From NCBI GenBank assembly GCA_963787835.1, contig CAWBEI010000006.1, positions 64,001-128,000 on the forward strand: a stretch of 64,000 nt of DNA, written 5' to 3'. The translations under genes and the position numbers were made by a program. Shown here in pieces: positions 1-7,949 of the stretch (its first letter is position 1; every line of letters begins with the position of its first letter). The notes below the pieces were generated by a model. It did no database searches and had not been told where the DNA came from. It was given only the letters and a program-made list of their open reading frames with translations. The DNA is from Ignavibacteriota bacterium. GTDB taxonomy: Bacteria > Bacteroidota > Ignavibacteria > Palsa-1295.

Positions 1-1
1 C

Positions 2-1487
2 GTCATCAGCTATGGCGGCTCACTCTCTGGCGAGCACGGTGATGGCCAGGCTCGCGGCGCGTTGCTCCCTAAGATGTATGGGCCGAAGATCATGCAGGCA
101 TTCGAGGAGTTTAAGCAGATCTGGGATCCCGATTGGAAAATGAATCCGGGCAAACTTATTCGTCCCTACCGAATTGATGAGCATTTGCATTATGGCGCAG
201 ATTACTATCCATTAAGAGTCCAGACCCATTTTGCATTTCCAGATGATGAGGGAAGTTTTTCACGAGCAGTTGAGCGGTGTGTCGGTGCGGGCGTATGCCG
301 CAAAGAGGATGGGGTCATGTGCCCAAGCTATCGTGCTACTCGCGATGAGAACGATCTTACTCGTGGCCGGGCACACGCACTATTTGAGATGCTACGGGGA
401 GATCATCTCACAGACGGGTGGAAGAGTGAGGCGGTGAAAGAATCGCTGGATCTTTGTCTATCCTGCAAAGCTTGCAAAAGTGAATGCCCGGTGCGTGTCG
501 ATATGGCGACGTACAAATCGGAGTTTCTGGCCCATTATTATCAAGGAAAGCTACGTCCGCGTGCCGCATATTCGATGGGATTGATCTATTGGGCGGCACG
601 AATGGCTTCGATGGCCCCAACACTTGTGAATTGGTTAACTCACTCTCACATCACAAGCGGCTTCGTAAAATGGCTTGGCGGCATTCATCCCGAACGTGAA
701 ATTCCTCGCTTCGCAAAACAGACCTTTAAACACTGGTTCTTCGGTCGCCCAACATTACACTCTGCGCCTTACCCTTTCCCCAAGGTCATCCTCTGGGCCG
801 ATACGTTCAATAATCATTTCCGAACCGAGACCGCAATAGCCGCAACGACGCTATTGGAACTGGCCGGATTTGAGGTTAATGTCTATAAGCAATCGATGTG
901 CTGCGAGACGCCCGCTTTATGATTGGGGAATGCTAAAACAATCCCGAAAGCAATTGGAGGAGATTCTCAGGATCGTCGGTCCGGATGTTGCAAATGGTAT
1001 TCCGATCATCGTCCTCGAACCAAGTTGTGCCTCTGTGTTCCGTGACGAACTCAGAAATCTGATGCCTGATCGAGAAGATGCAAAAATGCTTGCCGAAAAT
1101 GTCTATCTCTTATCTGAATTTCTCGAAAAATTTGTTCCAGATTTTGCTAGAAATTCAATGAGGGGTGATGCAATTGTCCAATTTCATTGCCATCATAGCT
1201 CTATTCTTGGCAGAGATGCCGAAGAGTCGATCCTACGCAAAAGTGGGGTGAATGCAGAAATTCTCGATGCCGGTTGTTGCGGTATGGCGGGCGCTTTTGG
1301 GTTCGATCGGAAGCATTATGATGTCTCTTTGAAAATAGGAGAACATAATGTATTTCCCAAATTGCGTGAGAAGGAAGGAGAACATATCATTATTGCAGAT
1401 GGATTTAGCTGCCAGGAGCAACTCCAACAATCATTAGGGGTTAAGGCGCATCATCTCGCGGAAGTTCTATTAAATTCTATTCACTAA
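2..1487 (+). pseudogene. FAD-linked oxidase / Fe-S (CCG domain) oxidoreductase, YdiJ/GlcF-like; 5'-partial; apparent +1 frameshift (may be an assembly error)
   Basis: GGSLSGEHGDG FAD-oxidase C-terminal motif, CxxxxxC and CLSCKACKSECP ferredoxin motifs, GCCGMAG motif. Removing A906 joins ORFs 62..922 and 870..1487 as MCCGRPLYDWG. Confidence 0.85.
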
Positions 1488-1515
1488 TTGAAGATTTTTT
1501 TCAAAAACTCTAAAT

Positions 1516-1523
1516 TATTTTTG
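1516..1523 (+). promoter_or_regulatory. Bacteroidota-type -7 promoter element (TAnnTTTG) upstream of the ncRNA candidate
   Basis: TATTTTTG in an AT-rich intergenic context. It overlaps an ECF-like TGTAAC-N16-GTT alternative. Confidence 0.4.
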
Positions 1524-1755
1524 TAACCCGAGCGACCCAGTGCGTTCTTGTCTATAGGCGAGAAGATCTCGTTTCGAATGTTCTCTCATAGAAAACGGTG
1601 CGAAGTTCTCGTTCAATACATGGGAGCGCACCAGCGGAAAAACCGGTCACTCATAACTTGACACATTTTATGAGGATGCGGGAGATTGATCCGCTTTGAA
1701 TGCAGGATAAGGGGTTGCCCCGTTCGGAGATAAGGCCGAGCGGGGCATCTTTTTT
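1523..1755 (+). ncRNA. Candidate structured small RNA (long irregular rod, possibly 6S-like)
   Basis: Nested pairings GTAACCC/GGGTTGC, TGCGTTC/GAATGCA, AGGCG/CGCTT, GATCTC/GAGATT, CTCATAGAA/TTTTATGAG, AAGTT/AACTT. No credible ORF. Bounded by a promoter motif and a terminator. Confidence 0.45.
1716..1755 (+). terminator. Intrinsic terminator
   Basis: Stem TGCCCCGTTCGG/CCGAGCGGGGCA followed by a T-run. Confidence 0.8.
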
Positions 1756-1757
1756 CA

Positions 1758-1853
1758 TTTAAAAATTAAAAAGTAAGAATTAATAAATAGGGGGACGAGA
1801 ATGCGGTTCTCGACAATTCCCCCTAATTCCTAATTATTAATTCTTACTTAAAA
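1758..1853. repeat. ORF-less hairpin with AGAATT-type heptamer arms
   Basis: AAGTAAGAATTAATAAATAGGGGGA ... TCCCCCTAATTCCTAATTATTAATTCTTACTT inverted arms around a small inner hairpin. Confidence 0.7.
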
Positions 1854-1855
1854 AG

Positions 1856-1928
1856 TGGACTCGAGGGGACTCGAACCCCTTACCTATAGAATGCAAATCT
1901 ATCGCTCTACCAGATGAGCTACGAGCCC
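1856..1928 (-). tRNA. tRNA-Ala(TGC), CCA not encoded
   Basis: Cloverleaf GGGCTCG...CGAGTCC-A, G3:U70 alanine determinant, anticodon loop TTTGCAT, GGTTCGAGTCC T-arm. Confidence 0.95.
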
Positions 1929-1933
1929 TGGTG

Positions 1934-2386
1934 TCAATTTAGAATTAAGAATTGAGAATTTAGAATTGAGAATTAAGAATTGAGAATTAAGAATGAGGAT
2001 CATTTTCACGAGTAGATTTTATGATAGAGCTTAATATTTTACATAGCTCGTCACAATCTTTGAGGAAGGAGTTCGCAAGACGTGTCTCGATTTTCTTCGA
2101 TTCACGAAGAAGAGCAAGGCAATAGAGCGTCTCACGTGCTTCTTTGTAAGCAATCGCCATTTTTGCAATGAACTCTTTTCGTGAAACGGCTGCATCGGCT
2201 TCGGCTATATTTGCTCCGATACCAGTCCCAGAACTTGATCCGAAAGAACGAAGGATCGCTTCTCATGAAGCTGATCCGCAAGTTTGATAATTCTTAGCCC
2301 GAAGGCAAAGCCTTTTCGGGCGGATTACACTATCCTTCATTACAGATCATCTTCCCCATAATTCTTAATTCATAATTCTAAATTGA
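1934..2386. mobile_element. Heptamer inverted-repeat-bounded cassette (IVS-like) carrying a four-helix-bundle pseudogene
   Basis: Left end TCAATTTAGAATTAAGAATTGAGAATT and reverse complement of the right end TCAATTTAGAATTATGAATTAAGAATT match at 25/27. The left tract has about 8-9 tandem heptamers. Mobility is inferred. Confidence 0.55.
1987..2340 (-). pseudogene. Four-helix bundle protein (23S rRNA intervening-sequence protein family), two frameshifts
   Basis: Manual translation across frames: MKDSVIR / FAFGLRIIKLADQLHEKRSFVLSDQVL / SGTGIGANIAEADAAVSRKEFIAKMAIAYKEARETLYCLALL...DCDELCKILSSII. Contains the family SIGANIAEA-like and KEAxET motifs. Confidence 0.85.
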
Positions 2387-2390
2387 GTTG

Positions 2391-2464
2391 TGGGCCTAAG
2401 TGGAGTTGAACCACTGACCTCCCGCTTATCAGGCGGACGCTCTAACCAACTGAGCTATAGGCCC
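2391..2464 (-). tRNA. tRNA-Ile(GAT), CCA not encoded
   Basis: Cloverleaf GGGCCTA...TAGGCCC-A, anticodon loop CTGATAA. Confidence 0.95.
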
Positions 2465-2469
2465 CTGTT

Positions 2470-2503
2470 TCAATTAAGAAGTAAGAATGGAGAATTAAGA
2501 ATA
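2470..2503. repeat. Heptamer tract in the tRNA-Ile 5' leader
   Basis: TCAATT AAGAAGT AAGAATG GAGAATT AAGAATA. Confidence 0.75.
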
Positions 2504-2705
2504 AAAGCTCTCGATTCGTTTCCTGATTGAGCGGCGAGTTAACGGGATGGGTAGTTTTCGCGTTCCCCCAACCGCTCCGCTTAAATACGCTTTGTTATGC
2601 TAAACTCTTATTCGATATGCGCTGTTATTCGGGACAACGCATAAACTAACAACTGTTAGTTACGTCGAGAATTTTCTTGTCGATCTAAAAAGGAGATACA
2701 CGCCA

Positions 2706-3050
2706 ATGGCTATTATGATTACGACTGAATGCATCAACTGCGGTGCATGCGAGCCGGAATGCCCGAACAATGCGATCTACGAAGGCGGAGCGAACTGGAC
2801 GCTCGGCGGTCAAAACTTCGGAGCAACCGATCCCGGCCCGAGCGGTGCAGTCGGCTTTTTCTCCTCGGACTATTTTTATATCGTGCCCGATAAATGCACC
2901 GAATGTGTAACCTTTCACGACGAGCCCCAGTGCGCTGCCGTTTGCCCGGTAGATTGCTGCATCCCCGATCCTAACTGGCGCGAACCACAGGAACAGCTCG
3001 AAGCCAAAGTGAAATGGCTCGATGAAGTCGATCCCGGACGCAAACGGTAA
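2706..3050 (+). CDS. 2x[4Fe-4S] ferredoxin (YfhL-type)
   Basis: CINCGACEPECP and CTEC...CAAVCPVDC motifs; AAGGAG Shine-Dalgarno. Confidence 0.95.
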   Translation: MAIMITTECINCGACEPECPNNAIYEGGANWTLGGQNFGATDPGPSGAVGFFSSDYFYIVPDKCTECVTFHDEPQCAAVCPVDCCIPDPNWREPQEQLEAKVKWLDEVDPGRKR

Positions 3051-3053
3051 CGA

Positions 3054-3893
3054 ATGACCGTCGGATCATATACCCTTACCCCTATCGAGACCGGCCGCTT
3101 TGCTTTAGACGGCGGTGCAATGTTTGGCGTGGTTCCTAAAAACTTGTGGAACCGGACAAATCCTGCTGACGAGCAGAATCGCATCGATATGGCGCTTCGT
3201 GCCCTGCTTGTGCAGGGTAACGGAATGAGCATCCTCGTCGATTCTGGAATGGGAGATAAGTACGACGAAAAAACAAGAAACATCTATAAGCTGGATCATT
3301 CCACCTTCACCCTCCATGCTTCTCTTGCTGAACGTGGATTGAAGCCGGAGCACATCACGCACGTCATTCAAACACATCTGCATTTTGACCATTGCGGAGG
3401 ATTGGTCTCGCAGACGGCGACGGGTGAATACGTTCCGACGTTTCCTAACGCGAAAGTTTTCGTCCAAAAAGAAAATTTGAAATGGGCGCGCAACCCAACC
3501 GATAAAGATCGGGCAAGTTACCTGACACAGGACTGGGAAGCGATCGTCGCAAATGGGATGCTTGAAGAATTGGACGGCGCCGGGGAGATTTTTCCGGGAA
3601 TTGATCTTCGAATATTTAATGGGCATACTCGGGCTCAGCAACTTCCACTCATTTCAGACGACGCGGGAAACAAACTATTCTTTTGTGCCGACCTTTTCCC
3701 TACCAAAGCGCATATAAATTTGCCCTGGATAATGGGATATGATAATTTCCCGCTCACGACGCTTGAAGAAAAACGGACACTATTGCCAGAAGCCTATGAG
3801 GATGGATGGAAGCTTTTCCTTGAGCATGACCCTGGAAGTGCCATAATTCGTATAGAATCAACTCCTAAAGGATTTCGGGCTGCCGAAAACTGA
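3054..3893 (+). CDS. MBL-fold metallo-hydrolase (YtnP-like)
   Basis: LDGGAMFGVVP, THLHFDHCGG, GHT and EHD motifs. Confidence 0.93.
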   Translation: MTVGSYTLTPIETGRFALDGGAMFGVVPKNLWNRTNPADEQNRIDMALRALLVQGNGMSILVDSGMGDKYDEKTRNIYKLDHSTFTLHASLAERGLKPEHITHVIQTHLHFDHCGGLVSQTATGEYVPTFPNAKVFVQKENLKWARNPTDKDRASYLTQDWEAIVANGMLEELDGAGEIFPGIDLRIFNGHTRAQQLPLISDDAGNKLFFCADLFPTKAHINLPWIMGYDNFPLTTLEEKRTLLPEAYEDGWKLFLEHDPGSAIIRIESTPKGFRAAEN

Positions 3894-3969
3894 GATTTTG
3901 GTCTAAATTCGATATTTTCAACCAAATCACTAAATTATTAACAATTTGGAAATAATTTGGTAATTTCCC

Positions 3970-4000
3970 TTGACTGCTTAGGCAGAATTGGTTATTTTTG
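3970..4000 (+). promoter_or_regulatory. Housekeeping-sigma promoter of the beta-barrel gene
   Basis: TTGACT-N17-TATTTT; the downstream box also reads TAnnTTTG. Confidence 0.5.
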
Positions 4001-4100
4001 TATCGGTTGCTTGTGCATTCTGCCTGAGTGATCACTATGGAACTGTCCGATTGACGGTTTCAAGCCTTAATCTTTTCATCAACTATTTGGAGGTATTACA

Positions 4101-4760
4101 ATGAGTCGTTCTTTTTCAAAGATCGTTACATGTGCGTTCGTTCTTGCATTTGTGTTCGGAGTCGCCCGGACTTCTTTTGCGCAAGAAGATAACAGCATCA
4201 TCCGTCCAATCACCAAACAAGGCAGTGCCGCTATGATTTTCGAATTGGCAGGCATTGGCACATTCGGATTTAGCGGCCCTGGCATCCTGGGCTTCGGAAT
4301 GCCGGCCGTAGGAGGAAAGTATTATGTTTCCGACGATATGGATATTTTTGTCCTCGCTGGACTCAATAGCTCCAGTGGCAGCGATAGTATCGCCAGTACG
4401 CAGAGTGCAAAACCGAGCTCAACCGATTTCGGGATCGCTGCCGGTGTGCAAGCGCATTTTCGGCCGCTCTATTCTACATCCCCTTATGTTGGCGGCGTGG
4501 TTAGTTTCGGAAGCCACTCCGATGATGAAGGACTATCGAGTAACGATGTAAAGCATTCTTCCAGTACCTTTGGGATTGCGGCACTTGCGGGCTTCGATTG
4601 GTTTTTTACTCACGGGCTTTGCCTCGGAGGAGAAATGACGCTTGGTTTTAGGTCTACAAGCAGTTCCCAAACGGTCGAAGGGACGACAACGGATTCACAG
4701 GGAACAACCGTCATTGCACTCGCGACAAATGCCAGCGTCCACCTGAACGTCTATTTTTAA
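4101..4760 (+). CDS. Small outer-membrane beta-barrel protein
   Basis: Signal peptide ending SFA-Q, alternating strands, C-terminal VHLNVYF; GGAGGT Shine-Dalgarno. Confidence 0.8.
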   Translation: MSRSFSKIVTCAFVLAFVFGVARTSFAQEDNSIIRPITKQGSAAMIFELAGIGTFGFSGPGILGFGMPAVGGKYYVSDDMDIFVLAGLNSSSGSDSIASTQSAKPSSTDFGIAAGVQAHFRPLYSTSPYVGGVVSFGSHSDDEGLSSNDVKHSSSTFGIAALAGFDWFFTHGLCLGGEMTLGFRSTSSSQTVEGTTTDSQGTTVIALATNASVHLNVYF

Positions 4761-4780
4761 ATCATCTGATCATCCTTGTC

Positions 4781-4810
4781 AAAAAAGCCCTTCTCTGGAA
4801 GGGCTTTTTC
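4781..4810. terminator. Bidirectional intrinsic terminator
   Basis: AAAAAAGCCCTTC-TCTG-GAAGGGCTTTTT. Confidence 0.85.
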
Positions 4811-4845
4811 GTTATTTGGTGTTCTCATCCATAATTTAATTATTT

Positions 4846-6471
4846 ATTAAGCTTACGGAAACCGACGTACTCGTTCTTGGCTCCGGCTCTGCCGGATTAT
4901 TCTTTGCCCTCACGGTCGCGGAGCGGTCGAAGATGCGCGTGCTTATTATTACAAAGAAGGAGCGTTCGGAATCGAACACCAATTATGCGCAGGGAGGTAT
5001 CGCGAGCGTTGTTAGTGCCGACGATTCAATTGAATCACACTATCGGGATACCATAACCGCAGGGGCTGGATTGTGTCACGAAGATGCGGTCCGGGTGTTG
5101 GTTGATGAGGGTCCGGATCGTGTTAAAGATCTGATACAGCTTGGCGCACGCTTCACCCGCACTCGAAGTGGCTCGCTCGATCTTGGACTTGAAGGTGGCC
5201 ATTCGGCAAACCGGATCGTTCATGCCAAAGATTTTACCGGTCGAGAACTTGAACGTGCGTTGCTTCAGGCCGTTCAGGAGCATCCCCAGATAACTATTCT
5301 TGAAAATCATTTTGCCGTTGAATTACTAACCGACCATCAACGGAAACACGGTCACGTTTCGAAGAATGGACATCCGCTCTCTTGCTATGGTGCATATATT
5401 CTTGAAGAGGCAACAGGGAAGGTAAGCATTTGCCGAGCTAATGCGGCAATCATGTTAGCAACGGGCGGTGTGGGTCAGGTCTATCTGCACACAACGAACC
5501 CTGTTATCGCAACCGGCGATGGGGTAGCAATGGCGTACCGCGCCGGCGCGAAGATCGGTAATATGGAATTTATCCAGTTCCATCCGACCACCCTTTACGC
5601 TCCGGAGGCAAATTCATTCCTGATCAGCGAAGCGGTTCGTGGCGCCGGTGGGATCTTGAAAAATCGAGGTGGTGAACGATTTATGAAGCACTACGCTCCG
5701 AAACAAATGGAATTGGCTCCCCGTGATGTGGTCGCTCGTGCGATCGACGCAGAATTGAAACGGCGTGGCGACAGCTACGTTTTCCTCGATGTCTCACACC
5801 TCCCGGCGCGCGCGATCCGACATGAATTCCCGAGTATTTACACCAGATGCAAAGAACTGGGTCTGGACATTACGAAACAACCGATTCCGGTAGTACCGGC
5901 GGCTCATTACAGTTGCGGTGGTATTGTGGCATCGCTTGATGGAACGACGAATATCGACCGCCTTTATGTATCCGGTGAATCATCCATGACGGGTGTTCAC
6001 GGCGCCAACCGGCTTGCCAGCAATTCGTTGCTGGAAGCGCTCGTCTGGTCGCAGCGCGCTGCAGCAGATCTGATGAAACGAAGCGGTAATAAACGAACGA
6101 AGCAATCGAAAATCGAATTGATGGAATGGGATGAATCAGGCACGGCGAATGCCGAAGAGTGGATCTACATTTCTCATGACCGCAGGGAAGTCCAGGAATT
6201 AATGTGGGATTATGCTGGCATCGTTCGCAGTAATTATCGCCTTTTGCGAGCGGAACGAAGACTTAAGCTGATCCGCAAAGAGATCGAAGAATATTACCGG
6301 CGCACCCGTGTTACTGTGCCATTGCTCGAACTTAGAAACACAGCAGAAGTTGCATTGCTCATCGTTCGTTCAGCGTTACGGCGAAAAGAGAGCCGCGGGT
6401 TGCATTATACAACGGATTTTCCGAAGACGGATGATGTTCATTGGCGGCACGATACCATTATTGCCCAATAA
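4846..6471 (+). CDS. nadB: L-aspartate oxidase; start extended to a probable ATT codon
   Basis: SNTNYAQGGIA, LEGGHS, QFHPT, LISEAVRG, ELAPRDVVARAI and GVHGANRLASNSLLE motifs. The FAD motif DVLVLGSGSAG lies in frame upstream of the ORF-track ATG at 4933. Confidence 0.93.
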   Translation: MKLTETDVLVLGSGSAGLFFALTVAERSKMRVLIITKKERSESNTNYAQGGIASVVSADDSIESHYRDTITAGAGLCHEDAVRVLVDEGPDRVKDLIQLGARFTRTRSGSLDLGLEGGHSANRIVHAKDFTGRELERALLQAVQEHPQITILENHFAVELLTDHQRKHGHVSKNGHPLSCYGAYILEEATGKVSICRANAAIMLATGGVGQVYLHTTNPVIATGDGVAMAYRAGAKIGNMEFIQFHPTTLYAPEANSFLISEAVRGAGGILKNRGGERFMKHYAPKQMELAPRDVVARAIDAELKRRGDSYVFLDVSHLPARAIRHEFPSIYTRCKELGLDITKQPIPVVPAAHYSCGGIVASLDGTTNIDRLYVSGESSMTGVHGANRLASNSLLEALVWSQRAAADLMKRSGNKRTKQSKIELMEWDESGTANAEEWIYISHDRREVQELMWDYAGIVRSNYRLLRAERRLKLIRKEIEEYYRRTRVTVPLLELRNTAEVALLIVRSALRRKESRGLHYTTDFPKTDDVHWRHDTIIAQ

Positions 6472-6491
6472 TACATTTTCACACACCCACC

Positions 6492-7397
6492 ATGAAAGCT
6501 CTTCCAACCTCTCAAAATTTTCTTGCATTACCGAAAGAATCGAGCAGCTACGCTTCGAGCAAGATCGTCATTCTCTCTGCTCCGTATGAAAAGACGGTTA
6601 GCTATGGCGGCGGCACTGCAAAAGGCCCTGATGCCATTATTAAAGCTTCCCAATATGTAGAATTCTTCGATGACGAGTTTTTTAAGGAACTCTGCTTCGA
6701 GCAAGGGATCGCAACATTGCCTCCCGTAGCCTTTGGCAAGCATGTTGGCAAGCCTATGCTGGATCAACTGCAGCGAGCAGTATCAGAACAGATCGAAAAT
6801 AATAAATTCGTCGTGACGCTCGGCGGCGAGCACACGATCGCTACAGCACCGCTCATGGCGCACTATGCACATTATCCTAAAATGTCCGTGCTTCATTTCG
6901 ATGCGCATTCGGATCTTCGCATGGAGTATTCCGGTACGCCGTATAGCCACGCCTGCTTCATGGCGCGTGTGGCAGACGCCGGGTTCCCAATGAAACGAGT
7001 GGTTCAGGTCGGCATTCGAGCCCAGGAAAAAGCGGAATTCGAATATGCAAAAAAAATAGGCGTAAGAACCTTTTACGCGACCCGAATCCGCAGACGTGAG
7101 CATGGCCTGGACTGGCAAAAGAATATCGCCAAAGCGCTTCCTTCTAATGATGTCTATGTGACCTTCGATGTCGATTATTTCGACCCCTCGATCATGCCAT
7201 CTACCGGTACACCGGAGCCGGATGGATTTGGGTGGAATGAAACAATGGAGATCTTCCGAGAATTAAACCGGGCAGGGAAGAGAATCATCGGATTTGACGT
7301 CGTAGAACTCAGTCCCGATCCAAAAGCAAAACATGCAACTTATCTCGCAGCTAAGTTAGTGTATCGGATGCTGAACTTTGCATTCGCCAGATCGTAA
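6492..7397 (+). CDS. speB: Agmatinase (ureohydrolase family)
   Basis: GGEH, FDAHSD, FDVDYFDPS, STGTPEPDG and GFDVVEL motifs. Confidence 0.9.
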   Translation: MKALPTSQNFLALPKESSSYASSKIVILSAPYEKTVSYGGGTAKGPDAIIKASQYVEFFDDEFFKELCFEQGIATLPPVAFGKHVGKPMLDQLQRAVSEQIENNKFVVTLGGEHTIATAPLMAHYAHYPKMSVLHFDAHSDLRMEYSGTPYSHACFMARVADAGFPMKRVVQVGIRAQEKAEFEYAKKIGVRTFYATRIRRREHGLDWQKNIAKALPSNDVYVTFDVDYFDPSIMPSTGTPEPDGFGWNETMEIFRELNRAGKRIIGFDVVELSPDPKAKHATYLAAKLVYRMLNFAFARS

Positions 7398-7399
7398 GG

Positions 7400-7945
7400 T
7401 CATTCGATCACAATATCGAATCCCGCCAATAAATTGAGCACTTCCGGCGAAGAGAATCGCGCGCCTTTCACTTTATTCAAAGTGGGGTCGATGAAGTAAC
7501 CTGTCGCATACCGGAAATTGGCTTTGGTAAGATTGGTATTCCTAAATACACAATTATCAAATGTCGTATTCGTAATATCAGCAGCAGAAAGATCCGCGTC
7601 AGAAAAATCGACATTGTGAAGTTCGCAACCTGTGATCTTTATGCTGTGAAGTTTCAGCTCCGCGAAGGAGGAATGCCGAATAAGACACTCATGAAAGCTC
7701 AACGAGAGCAATGCTCGCTTGGCAGTGAAAAAATTGATCCCTTCGATCTTAGAGTGATTAAACGCCGCCTGAATAACAGCACCTTGTATCTTGACCGAGC
7801 TTAACTGACATCGTTCGAAAATACAATCAATAAACTTCCTATTGCTTAGGTCGAGATTGAGGGCGGTCTCACCCTGGAAGGTTACACCTTCAAAGTCACT
7901 GTCAGAGAGGAAAATGGAGGCAGGTTCGTTTTCCTCCTGTATCAT
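7400..7945 (-). CDS. Pentapeptide repeat protein
   Basis: Repeated xxF/Lxx pentapeptides (VDFSD ADLSA, CVFRN TNLTK ANFRY). Confidence 0.88.
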   Translation of the reverse strand: MIQEENEPASIFLSDSDFEGVTFQGETALNLDLSNRKFIDCIFERCQLSSVKIQGAVIQAAFNHSKIEGINFFTAKRALLSLSFHECLIRHSSFAELKLHSIKITGCELHNVDFSDADLSAADITNTTFDNCVFRNTNLTKANFRYATGYFIDPTLNKVKGARFSSPEVLNLLAGFDIVIE

Positions 7946-7949
7946 CGAA

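Noticed and set aside
1578-1661. 27-aa ORF MFSHRKRC... inside the ncRNA candidate
   Set aside because: Short, with no motif or Shine-Dalgarno; the region is better explained by RNA structure.
1934-1995. Tandem repeats as a CRISPR array
   Set aside because: Units are 7 nt with no unique spacers, and there are no cas genes.
1987-2340. Diversity-generating retroelement suggested by the Avd-like fold
   Set aside because: No reverse transcriptase and no TR/VR pair with adenine-specific differences in the window.
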